Shown: in pieces, positions 30,284-39,429 of the stretch | Layout of the letters: each line of letters begins with the position of its first letter | How positions within the stretch are numbered: position 1 is the stretch's first letter | Origin: an uncultured Gammaproteobacteria bacterium | GTDB taxonomy: Bacteria; Pseudomonadota; Gammaproteobacteria; Steroidobacterales; Rariloculaceae | DNA: 64,000 nt | Reading direction: 5' to 3' | Assembly: GCA_963810755.1 (NCBI GenBank) | Contig: CAWEOP010000008.1 | Location: forward strand, 648,631 to 712,630 | Position numbers and translations under genes: made by a program | The notes under the pieces: model-generated | What the model was told of the DNA's origin: nothing | Database searches by the model: none | What the model saw: only the letters and a program-made list of their open reading frames with translations

Positions 30284-30434
30284 CGGCCCAGACCACTGCT
30301 GACCCGGCGGCCGTTCGAGCTGCCTCGCGGTGCTGCTGTTCGCAAATGTTAGAGGTAACGGGTGGCTTTTATGCCGTCCGGCGGCTAGGGTTCGAGATGC
30401 GACAGCCGCTTCATCGTCGTCGGGAGCCAACTGA

Positions 30435-30686
30435 GTGCCAAGGAAGACCAAGCTTGCCGTAGTGCCGGAGCCGCCCGCTGATGCGAGCGTGCTTCACCTC
30501 GAGAACGCTCCTTTTCTCAAGGGCCGCGAGAGCGAGAACCTGGTTTGCGGGAGCTGCGGCCTCGTGATCTGCAAAGGAGTCAGCGCCGAAAGCTGCATGG
30601 CCAAGTTTTCGGCACCGGCCCAGTTGCTCGTTAGATGTCCAAAGTGCGGCACTCACAATTTGCTCAACGCAAAGGTCGGCGACTGA
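30435..30686 (+). CDS. Small zinc-ribbon-like protein (hypothetical)
   Basis: 83-aa ORF with two CxxC pairs (CGSCG and CPKCG) about 38 residues apart. It has a GTG start and no recognised family. Confidence 0.4.
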   Translation: MPRKTKLAVVPEPPADASVLHLENAPFLKGRESENLVCGSCGLVICKGVSAESCMAKFSAPAQLLVRCPKCGTHNLLNAKVGD

Positions 30687-30754
30687 ATCGCGTTCGGTCG
30701 TGAGCTCGGGCTCGATCGCCGACGCTCGTTCTCTCATTCGCTGCCCGCGCGATC

Positions 30755-32065
30755 TTAAGCGTCGATCGCCTCGTACACCGTCTGGCGAAACTGTCGCTGC
30801 GCCTGCGCACCTGGAATGCGGGGCAGCGACGCTGCACCGGGCTGCGGCGGCGCCGGAGTGCACTCCTGCAGCCAGATGAGGATCATCTCTTCCTGCGGAT
30901 CGGCCTGCCACCAGCCGCCGAAGGCGCCGGGCCAGCCGAACGTGCCGGCACGGCCGATGACGATCCCGGGCTGAGCCTCGTCGATGACGACCGCCATGCC
31001 GAGACCGAAACCCTGCGTGAAGGGCGCGTTGGCCACGAACGGGAATTGCCGCTGCGCGTCCGTGATGTGGTCGCTGCGCATCACTCGTGCGGTTTCCGGT
31101 TGCAGCACGCGCACGCGACCGAGCTTGCCGTCGTTCAGCAGCATCCGCGCGAAGCGCAGGTAGTCGCTGGCCGTCGATACGAGTCCCTGGCCGCCCATGG
31201 CATAGGCCATGGTCTGTTCGTCCGTAAACCCGCCCACTTTCGACGGCGTGAATTGCCCGGGCTGCGTCGAGATATAGAACGAGGCCATACGCGCGCGCTT
31301 GTCGGGAGGAATCCAGAAGCCCGTGTCGTCCATGCCGAGCGGTGCCAACACCTTTTCACGCATTGCGCGATTCAGGTCCGTGCCGTGAGCGCGAGCCGCA
31401 ACGAAACCCAGCACGTCGATGGAATGCCCATAGTTGAAGCGCTCGCCCGGCTGATAGATGAGCGGCAACTCGGCGAGCGACTTCAGCCAGGCATCGGGCG
31501 GCATTTCGCTCGCGATGCCCATGCCGAACCGGGCGAGCAGGGCGGCACCGAGCGGCGGCGGCGAGAGGAACCCGTACGCGAGCCCCGAGCGGTGCGTCAT
31601 CAGGTCTTCCACGGTGATCGGCCGCGCCGCGGGTACGGTGTCGTCCAGCGGACCGTTGGGCCGGCGCAGCACGCGCATCTCCGCGAACTCCGGCGCCCAG
31701 CGCGTGATGGGATCGTCGAGTCGCATCTTGCCTTCATCCACAAGACGCAATGCGAGCGTCACGGTAACGGGCTTCGTCATCGAGGCGATACCGAAGATCG
31801 CGCCGCGATCCATCGGAATCTTGTTCTCCATGTCGAGCCAGCCGGCCGTCGCGTCGGCGACGAGCTCGCCTTTGCGCCACACCTGCGCCACGACGCCGGG
31901 GATGTCGCCGGAATCGACCGCGGCGCTCGCGGCTTGCTGCACGATTTCTTGGAGCTTAGTGGACGGCGTCGCCGCGAGCGCGACGCGTGCACCGGGCACG
32001 ATCGCGGCGCAAGAGAGGGCCGTTCCCGCGGTCACGAACTGACGGCGGGTGATGGGATGTTTCAT
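30755..32065 (-). CDS. Serine hydrolase, beta-lactamase/PBP4-like family, Tat-type signal
   Basis: MKHPITRRQFVTAGTALSCAAI is Tat-like. IASMTKPVT is the SxxK active-site motif. The ORF-track extension to 32878 is an Arg-rich overlap with the AraC gene. Confidence 0.85.
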   Translation of the reverse strand: MKHPITRRQFVTAGTALSCAAIVPGARVALAATPSTKLQEIVQQAASAAVDSGDIPGVVAQVWRKGELVADATAGWLDMENKIPMDRGAIFGIASMTKPVTVTLALRLVDEGKMRLDDPITRWAPEFAEMRVLRRPNGPLDDTVPAARPITVEDLMTHRSGLAYGFLSPPPLGAALLARFGMGIASEMPPDAWLKSLAELPLIYQPGERFNYGHSIDVLGFVAARAHGTDLNRAMREKVLAPLGMDDTGFWIPPDKRARMASFYISTQPGQFTPSKVGGFTDEQTMAYAMGGQGLVSTASDYLRFARMLLNDGKLGRVRVLQPETARVMRSDHITDAQRQFPFVANAPFTQGFGLGMAVVIDEAQPGIVIGRAGTFGWPGAFGGWWQADPQEEMILIWLQECTPAPPQPGAASLPRIPGAQAQRQFRQTVYEAIDA

Positions 32066-32070
32066 GACAT

Positions 32071-32973
32071 TCACTCCTTGAGTGGGAAGTAGTGATCGAC
32101 CCAGCTGCCCGCGGTGACTTTGAGCCCCTGCGGGAACACTTCGAAGGCGGGGAACTGCACACGCGACAGCGGCAGGCGCGGCACGTAGTGCGTGTAGATC
32201 CGTTGGCGCGCGGCGTTCACCTGCGGGAACACGTCGCCCTTGCGCACGACGTGGCGGAACACCGCGCAGGTCGCGGCCGGCAAGCTGCGCCGTTGCAACT
32301 CCGGAGGCGGCGAAGCGTCGGCTTGGACACGCAGCGCAGAGAGCGACTCGACGCCGCCATCGCGCGGGTCGAAGTTCAGCGTGACGGAATACGTGCTCGC
32401 ATCGAGCGCGCCGGGGAAGCCGCGCAGTGAATCCAGCCGCTGCCACGTCTGCGGCAACTCGTGCGGATTCGCGGGCGAGATGCGTCGGACCAGGCCCGCG
32501 AGATGCAGCTCCGGCACCTGTTCCACTCGCTCGTGGATTTCGGGCTCGCGCGGCGCGGACTTTTTCCGCCGCAGCACGCTCCGCACCGGTCCGAGGCTGC
32601 GCAGCCGGCCCGGCGGATGACCGAACGCACGCACGAACGCGCGCGTGAACGCTTCCTGGGAATCGAAGCCGCTGTCGAACGCCAGATCGACGATGCGCAG
32701 GCCGGGCTCCGCGAGCAGACGGCCGATGGCCGCTTCGAGGCGCCGCCCGCGCACGTAGGACATCACGCTCTCGCCTTGCAGCCGCGTGAAACCGCGCGAG
32801 AAGCGCGACGCAGAATAACCGGCGTGATCCGCGACGCTCTTGACCGTCATCGGCTCGAACAGGTGCGCCTCGATCCACGCGATGGCGGTGAGATGCGCGT
32901 GGATCAGCGCCGCTTCCTCCGAGCCATGCGGAGCGTCGGGCTCATTCGGGGGCGTGTGATCCTGCGACGACAT
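32071..32973 (-). CDS. AraC family regulator with GyrI-like effector domain
   Basis: The HTH blocks VKSVADHAGYSASRFSRGF and DLAFDSGFDSQEAFTRAFVRAFG are AraC-type. The C-terminal half looks like a GyrI/SOUL-type domain. Its stop lies 5 nt before the hydrolase start. Confidence 0.85.
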   Translation of the reverse strand: MSSQDHTPPNEPDAPHGSEEAALIHAHLTAIAWIEAHLFEPMTVKSVADHAGYSASRFSRGFTRLQGESVMSYVRGRRLEAAIGRLLAEPGLRIVDLAFDSGFDSQEAFTRAFVRAFGHPPGRLRSLGPVRSVLRRKKSAPREPEIHERVEQVPELHLAGLVRRISPANPHELPQTWQRLDSLRGFPGALDASTYSVTLNFDPRDGGVESLSALRVQADASPPPELQRRSLPAATCAVFRHVVRKGDVFPQVNAARQRIYTHYVPRLPLSRVQFPAFEVFPQGLKVTAGSWVDHYFPLKE

Positions 32974-33128
32974 GGGCCGTATCTTAGGCGGCCCGCGGCG
33001 GCTGTCTTGATCGATCCTGCTCGTGACGATTGACCGTCGTCAGGCGACGACATCGCTAGGGATTGCTACGAATGCTAGGAATCGGCAGCTTCGCTGCGCT
33101 TGAACACCGAATAGCGCAGAATACAGCC

Positions 33129-33674
33129 ATGGCGTCGTTGCAAATTCCAGTGACCAAGGCCGATCACGCGAAAGGCCGTCCAGACGCGCCGGTCACGCTC
33201 GTGGAGTACGGCGACTACGAGTGCCCGCACTGCGGTGCCGCTTATCCGGTGGTGCAGCAGCTGCAGAAGCGGTTCGGCGCCGATTTGCGTTTCGTCTATC
33301 GCAATTTCCCGCTCGGCGAAATCCACCCACACGCACTGAGTGCTGCGATGACGGCCGAGTTTGGCGCAACCCATGGACGCTTCTGGAACGTTCACGACGC
33401 CTTGTTCGAGAACCAGCAAAAGCTCGGTGCGGCGCTTTATCAAGCGATCGTCACCGAGCTCCAACTTGACGCCAAACAGTTGCGCGCCGCTCTCGAGGCC
33501 AATACCTACCTCGAAAGAGTCCGAGCCGATTTCAATGGCGGTGTGCGCAGCGGCGTGAACGGCACACCGTCGTTCTTCGTCAATGGTAAACGGTACGACG
33601 GTTCGCCGGATTTCGAGACCATGGCGGCTGTGCTCGGTGAAGCCATTCGAATGGCGAAGCCGCACGCACGCTAA
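33129..33674 (+). CDS. DsbA-like thioredoxin-fold protein
   Basis: VTLVEYGDYECPHCG contains the CxxC active site. NGTPSFFVNG is the cis-Pro loop region. There is no signal peptide from MASLQ. Confidence 0.85.
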   Translation: MASLQIPVTKADHAKGRPDAPVTLVEYGDYECPHCGAAYPVVQQLQKRFGADLRFVYRNFPLGEIHPHALSAAMTAEFGATHGRFWNVHDALFENQQKLGAALYQAIVTELQLDAKQLRAALEANTYLERVRADFNGGVRSGVNGTPSFFVNGKRYDGSPDFETMAAVLGEAIRMAKPHAR

Positions 33675-33706
33675 GCGCCGTCGCCACGGAGTGCGGCGTC
33701 GTGCGG

Positions 33707-34160
33707 CTACTCGGGCTTCGCGGATTTCGATTCCGGTTCGTAGATCGGGGTAACGCCGGTAAACAAAGCGTTGCCGCCGCCATCCACGACGGTAAGCGCG
33801 TAAGCGATCGTCGGAAAGTTGCGTGCGCGCGCACCGGTCACCTTGACGACGTCGCCGGGCTTCAGCGAGTCCCGCTTCCATCCACGGCGCATCAAGGTGT
33901 TCGGGCTCGGCAGCTCGAAGTTCCAGTTGGCGGTTTCTCCGTTCTTGTCGGTCACGTCGACGTAGAGCCGGGCGTGCGGGCTTTTCCATTCGAGCGTGGT
34001 GACCTTGCCCTCGATCAGCTACTTTCAGCTCGAAATCGAATTCCGACTGCGAGTGATGGGCCGACGCGGGTGTGAGTACGAGACTGATGCCGGCGAGGAC
34101 CGGCAGTAGAGACAAACACCTCTGCATCGATAGCACGACTCGTGAAGTAGCTCCGTTCAT
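33707..34160 (-). pseudogene. D module D2 (DUF6152-like small exported protein); frame break near 34019-34024
   Basis: MNGATSRVVLSMQRCLSLLPVLAGISLVLTPASA|HHSQSEFDFELKV then shifts frame to LIEGKVTTLEWKSPHARLYVDVTDKNGETANWNFELPSPNTLMRRGWKRDSLKPGDVVKV.... ATG 34160 overlaps the P4 stop (ATGA). Confidence 0.7.
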
Positions 34161-34990
34161 CGGAACAGCTTCACGTCTTGCTCGTCGTCCAGGCAAATCT
34201 CTTCGAGCATCGTGGTGTCCGCCTGGAACGCCATTTCGATCGTGACCGACCAGGGCTTCGTGTAGGCCTTTGGATCATTCACCGCGATCTCGACCTGCAT
34301 GATGCCGAAGTTGACGCGCTTCAGCCGCTCGGTGACGCGTGCGGATTCCGTGATCGGACTACCCTGAATGTCGAGCCACATGTCGTCACGAATCCCGTTG
34401 GTCTCGATGACGAGCGTGTCTCCCTCCCAGTGCGCCGTCGAGTAACCGTTCCAGGTGGGGTTCGGGTTGTCGGGCAGCGGCCGGCCGTCCAGGAACACGT
34501 CCCTGTAGGCCGCGTTGAATTCATGCAGCATCACCATCTCTCCGGGGGTCTGCACGATCTTGATGTACTGCGGCAGCGTCCAGGCGCGCGGAAAATTCGG
34601 CGGCTTGCAGTAGGTGTGGGGATCTTCCCTGCCGCCGTTGGCACGCCTCGTCACCATCTGCTCCTTGGACCACTCGGTGTAGGGCAGGCCGTCCGGCAGC
34701 TTGATCCCTAAGTTGATCTGCTCGCGCGCCATGCGCTCTTCCTGGACGCAGTCCTTTTCCTTGCAGTAGTCCTTGGCGGGCACATTGGCAAACCAGATGC
34801 CGGAGAAATCAGGCTTGCCTTCGCGGGTACGCGGCGCCGGGGCTTTCAGATCCGGCGCACCGCTCGCGGTGCGCGGTATTCCCGGCGTGGGATAGTCCAG
34901 CCACTGAGCCAGGGTCACCGCGGGACTTGCCCCCAGCACGAGCAGGGCGAGCGCAGACCAGACTGGTGGGGTGCGGTTGGCGATCGGCAT
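34157..34990 (-). CDS. Exported P-family paralog P4 (uncharacterised)
   Basis: I took the start at MPIANRTPPVWSALALLVLGASPAVTLAQ (34990). Motifs present: GKPDFSGIW, YCKPPNFP, FLDGRPLP, AHWEGDTLVIETN, VEIAVNDPKAYTKPW and EEICLDDE. Confidence 0.8.
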   Translation of the reverse strand: MPIANRTPPVWSALALLVLGASPAVTLAQWLDYPTPGIPRTASGAPDLKAPAPRTREGKPDFSGIWFANVPAKDYCKEKDCVQEERMAREQINLGIKLPDGLPYTEWSKEQMVTRRANGGREDPHTYCKPPNFPRAWTLPQYIKIVQTPGEMVMLHEFNAAYRDVFLDGRPLPDNPNPTWNGYSTAHWEGDTLVIETNGIRDDMWLDIQGSPITESARVTERLKRVNFGIMQVEIAVNDPKAYTKPWSVTIEMAFQADTTMLEEICLDDEQDVKLFR

Positions 34991-34998
34991 GGCGTGCG

Positions 34999-36933
34999 CT
35001 ACGTCGGTTGCGCCGTGAGCTGCGCCGGCTCGGCCCCGCTCTCGCGGATCGCGTCGAACAGCGCGCGCGACATGCGCTCTTCGACCTCGGCCGCGCGCTG
35101 CAGCGGCACGGGATAACGAACGATCGCCTCGATCGAGCCGGACGAGAACCGCAACTGCACGTGAGCCTGCGCTTTCTCGGCGGCGCTCGACGACGACGTT
35201 CTCTGCAGCTCGCGCGTCTGCCGATCGAGCTCGTCGCGGTACTTCTCGAGCACGCGATTGGCGGCGCTCAGCAACCGCTCCTTGATGGCGGTGTAGTCGC
35301 CGTCGGCCGGTATCGTGAGGGTGACCTCGCGCCACGCGAGGCTGACGCCGGGGATCTGCTTGAAGATGCCGCCCGACGCTTGGAACACCACCGAGTTGGC
35401 GAAGGCTACGACGCGGCCGGTCGGGCCGTCACTGCGGGCCGAGCTCCATCAGATGCAGGCGCACGAGACCTAGGTCGATCACTTCGCCGGTGACGTTCGC
35501 GATCTGAACGCGATCGCCGACGCGCAGGCCGTATTTGCCGATCAGGAAGAAGTAGCCGACGATCGACACGAGCACGCTCTGCATCGCGACGGCGACGCCG
35601 GCGGTCAGCAGGCCGGCGAACGTGGCGAACGAGCTCGCTTCCGTGGCGAACGCGATTCCGACGATCGCGAGCGCGACCGCCCACATCACGATTCGGCGCA
35701 CGAGCAGCAGCTGGTGCCGTCGCCGAGTCTCTTGCACGTAGTTGAATACGGCGCGCTTCCACAGCTCGCCGGCGACGAACACGGCGGCCAGCAGCAGGAG
35801 CAGCAGCCCCACGCGAGCCGCGAGCGTCTTCAGAGCCGATCGATACTGCGTCCGGGTGGCGTCGCGCCAGCTGTCGAGATTGTTGCGGTACTGATCGAGC
35901 AGCACGCCGGCTTTGGTCAACGGCACGAGAATCGACGACGTTTGCTGAAAGAGCCACGCGATCGTGTCGTACTCGTCGCGCGCGGTCTTGAGCTCGGTCG
36001 CGTCGCCCGCGGCCGGCCGCGCGCCGAGCGCATCGCCGCGAGCGGACAGCGTCTCGATCTGCTGCTCGGGCACCGCGCGAATCTGGGTGAACGTCTGCTG
36101 AAGCGCTTCCGTGCGGCGGTCGACCTCGTCGATCGTCGAGAGCTTGCTCTGGAGCCTGAGCACGTTGGTGCCGAGATCCCAGATGCCGAATCTGCGCGCG
36201 CCGACTTGCTCGGTGGTGGACGGCGGCGCAGCGTTGCCGATTCCGGCGGCGCCTGCTTGCGCGTCCGCCGCGCCGAGCTCCGGCATGGCGCCGCGAGCGC
36301 CGCGCGGGATCGATGCCGCGATGGCGTTGATGTGCTCCTTGAGCGCGCTCACTCCGGAGCCGTTCGCGTCGGTCTCATGCGCGAAGTCGACCATGTTGTT
36401 CAGGAGATTGCGCCGCGCGTTGAGGAGATCGAGCTCGCTTTGCAGCTCCGCGACCTTCGCTTGCAGCGCGGCGCGCTCGGCGGCTTCCGCTCCGGCGAGC
36501 TGCCGTTGCGTGGCCGTGATCTCGGCCTGAATCGCAGTGCGGCGCGCGTCCAGAGTCTCGCTGGTCTCTCTGCAGCACCTGCGGCGAGCTCGCCGTCGAT
36601 CGGGCGCGTCGGCTTGCTCCATCTCCGCTTGGCTGCTCAGGAGCTCGGCGTTCGCGCGCGCAAGCTCGAACGCGAGCGCGACGACGCGGTCGGCGGTCTG
36701 CCGGTTGGCATAGAGGATGAGCAAGTCGCTCGGCTGCGTGGCGGACTGCTGCTGAACGCCGAGCATGCGGTACCAGTCCACCGTCTCGTCGAGAATGCGG
36801 ACGACCTGGTCGCCCGTCATGACGGCGCGGGAGGTGATCTGCGGCTCGGGCGGCGGCAGGGTCCGCGTCCTGCGCGTGGGCCCACGATCGCGAGGGTCAC
36901 GGAAAGAAAGATTGGTGCGATTCGCTTCAGCAT
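34999..36933 (-). pseudogene. MscS-family mechanosensitive channel with long coiled-coil N-terminal domain; frame break near 35430-35441 and possibly a second near 36875-36885
   Basis: The TM region plus GKYGLRVGDRVQIANVTGEVIDLGLVRLHLMEL hits a TGA. It continues in another frame as SDGPTGRVVAFANSVVFQASGGIFKQIPG..., which is the MscS beta-domain. A signal-like MLKRIAPIFLSVTLAIVG (ATG 36933) sits one frame off the main ORF. Alternative start: ATG 36820. Confidence 0.65.
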
Positions 36934-37167
36934 CGGGGGCTCGGCCTGTGGCGCAAAGCGCAATGATACCCGCTGGGTGTTCCCGCGGGCGCCTTCGCCG
37001 AGGTGCGCGCCGGTTCTTGGCGTATTCGAGTTTTCGCGCCAAATGCAGACGATCGAGATCTTTTCTCCGCGCCGCGATCCGGCGGGTAATCTCGCCGGCA
37101 TCGAGCACGAGATCGTTTTCTACGATCCCGAGGCGTTCGCGCAGCCGCTGCGGCTCGTTCAGGTCCG

Positions 37168-38041
37168 TCACTTGATCTTCGCGAGCCCCTCCGTGAGCTC
37201 GATGTTCGTGCCCCACGGATCCTTGATGAACGCAATCGAGATCCCGAGAGCGGGCACCTCGCGGTACGACACCGTGAGCGGTATCCCGTCGGCCTCGAGC
37301 TTCTTCGTGAACGCCTCGAGGTTCTCGACCTCGAAGCCGATGTGATCGAGCGCGCGGCCCTGTGTCGCGACGACCGGCGTCGGCGAAGGCGAGAAACTCA
37401 AAATCACTCCGGGCAGGTTAGCCATCACGAACGCCTGGCCCGGGTTTTGCGGCTGCACCGCGGCGCCGAAGGTCTTGGCGTACCACGCCTGCATCTCGGT
37501 GTTCTGCTGACCGAAGAAATGCACGTGGTGCAGCTGAATCGGCGCCTGCTGGCCCTTCACTTCGACGATCTCGACCTTGATGTCGTCCGGACCGAGCGCG
37601 AAGGCGATGTTCGTGGTCGGGTTCGCCGCGGCGATGTCGTCCGTCACCTTCACGGTCGGGGCCACGCGACTCGCTCGTGATCATCTTGAAGCCATTCGCC
37701 TTGATCCTCGCGACCAAGGGTTTCAAGTCCGGCGCCGAGAAGCCGACGTGGTTGACCGTGCTCCCGATCGTCCCGCCGGTCGGCTGCTGCATCGGCCGGA
37801 AGAACAGGAACACGTTCGGAAACTCGATGACCTCCAAATTGTTGGTGCCGATCGTGGCGACCTTGCCGCCGAGCGTGTCGGCGAAGAACCGCTTCTGAGC
37901 GGCCATGTCCGTCGTGTTGAAATGATGGTGACCGTAGACGACCGGGCCTTTGGCCGCGATCGTCTGCGCCGAGATGCTCGAGGGGACCGCCGCGATCAGT
38001 GCGAGGCCTGCGGCGACGATGGACAGGGTGAAGCGTGTCAT
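37168..38041 (-). pseudogene. Exported two-domain VOC (glyoxalase/bleomycin-resistance/dioxygenase fold) protein; frame break near 37660-37670
   Basis: Signal MTRFTLSIVAAGLALIAAVPSSISAQ. HHHFNTTD and VNHVGFSAPD are VOC metal-ligand-type blocks. ...NGFKMITSES shifts frame to APTVKVTDD..., and the second half carries LHHVHFFG and LDHIGFEV. Confidence 0.75.
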
Positions 38042-38294
38042 AGAGTCCTCGATCAAAGAGGGGCGAGTGGATTGGCGCGAACGCGGCTCAGTCTAGCGAA
38101 ACGAGGGCGTGGGTCAAAACTAAGAAGCGGGAGCTCGATGATGCGATCGACCGAGGCCGAATGGTTTTCCCGTTTGCGGGCGTCTCACACTCGCGGTCCG
38201 CTGAACCGGTTCAGTTTGCGTTCAGGGCGAACGTGCGGAGATTAGCTCCAGCGTCATTCAGCGGATTGGATTTGCCCACACAGGACCCTCGAGA

Positions 38295-39025
38295 ATGATT
38301 GGCCGCGCGAACCTTAGGCTTGGGATCATCGCGCTCTGGTGCGTCGCTGGAGCGGGCTGCGGCGACGTTAGGAAAACCCGACCGAACGCGCGCTGACGGC
38401 TGAACCTGCGCGGACGTCGGCGTCAGCTCCGGTGCCTGCGGCGCCCGTCGCACCGGCGCCGATATCCGCTTCCGGTGCCGCGCCCCCCGGGACCGCTCCT
38501 TCGGCAATTGTCTCCGCGTCCGCGGGCAGCGCACCCGATTCGATCGATGCAACGTCCGTGGCGCCCGAGTCGCCGCCTGCATTGCCGTCGGCCCCTCCGG
38601 CCGAGGTCGCGGTGGCGGAGCCCCCGGTTGTCGCGCCGACGGCGCCGCTTACTCAGGTATCCGAGGCTCCCGGTGTCATTCCGTCGCCCGCGGCTTCACC
38701 GTCGTCGGCCGAGACGTTGGATTTCACATCGCTCGTAACGCGGCTTCGAAAAACGAAGGCGATCAATTTACGGGCAAAGGTCGCCGTCAAGCACCAGTCG
38801 GACGACTTGTTGGAGAGGTTCCGCGAGTACCACACGCAGCACGGGACCACGACGCTCGCCGACCTACGACGCTCCTACGACTTTCTGTTCCACGAGTTGT
38901 ATTCGTTGCTCCGAGACGCCGATCCGCCGCTCGCCCGTGACATTGATCGGTCGCGCGCCGCGATCTGGGACGTCCTCGCCGACCCGAGAAAGTTCAGCAC
39001 GTCCATCTTGATGGCAGGAGCTTGA
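38295..39025 (+). pseudogene. Putative lipoprotein with Pro/Ala-rich linker; frame break near 38367-38380
   Basis: ATG 38295 encodes MIGRANLRLGIIALWCVAGAGC (lipobox-like AGAGC) and stops at 38394. The 38432 ORF frame is open from 38372 (ENPTERALTAEP...). The two join across the run ggaaaaccc. The C-terminal 100 aa are non-repetitive. Confidence 0.45.
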
Positions 39026-39132
39026 TCGCGGCACGCCTATCGCTTCCAGGCTCGGACCAAGTGAAAGCCGGAGCTCGAGATGCTAACGCGATTGATGGCA
39101 ACCGTGCCGATCGCTGCAGGTCGCATAGGAAT

Positions 39133-39160
39133 GGCGCGACAGCCGCGAAGCTGTCGCGCC
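39133..39160. terminator. Hairpin downstream of the metallothionein-like ORF
   Basis: GGCGCGACAGC-cgcgaa-GCTGTCGCGCC forms a perfect 11-bp stem 23 nt after the minus-strand stop at 39183. On the minus strand it is followed by attcctat, a weak U-tract. Confidence 0.4.
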
Positions 39161-39182
39161 CCGTCCGGCGACTCGCGATTGC

Positions 39183-39350
39183 CTACGCTTTGCGCTGCGC
39201 GCACCCGGACGTGCACGCGCACTCCGGTCCGCAGACGCAGCTCGGTCCGCACGCGCAACTCGCTTGCGCTGCAGCGGCCTGGCACCCGCAGGTGCAGCTC
39301 GAACCGGCGCACGAGCCGCAACCGCACGGGATCTTCTTTGCTTCGTTCAT
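39183..39350 (-). CDS. Metallothionein-like Cys-rich small protein (55 aa, 13 Cys)
   Basis: Reverse-strand reading is AAAGGAGA-cctctc-ATG, then MNEAKKIPCGCGSCAGSSCTCGCQAAAAQASCACGPSCVCGPECACTSGCAQRKA*. All 13 Cys use TGC and are arranged as CxC/CxxC clusters. There are no aromatic residues and no His. It is absent from the ORF track, which here lists only ORFs of 60 aa or more. Confidence 0.6.
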   Translation of the reverse strand: MNEAKKIPCGCGSCAGSSCTCGCQAAAAQASCACGPSCVCGPECACTSGCAQRKA

Positions 39351-39429
39351 GAGAGGTCTCCTTTCACGTTGGTGTTGGAACGTGGGTGCACTCTACGGCC
39401 GGCTCGGTGAGCCGACTTGAACGAAGAGG

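Noticed and set aside
30370-30425. tRNA-like T-loop string GGGTTCGAG inside the hairpin GCGGCT...AGCCGC.
   Set aside because: There is no acceptor stem, D-arm or anticodon arm around it, and the length and spacing do not fit a cloverleaf.
39022-39420. ORF-track ORFs 39022..39420 (+), 39037..39327 (-) and 39080..39352 (+) over the metallothionein locus.
   Set aside because: They have repetitive Arg/His/Pro-rich translations and no ribosome-binding site. The 55-aa Cys-rich frame has a strong SD, uniform TGC codon use and a downstream hairpin.
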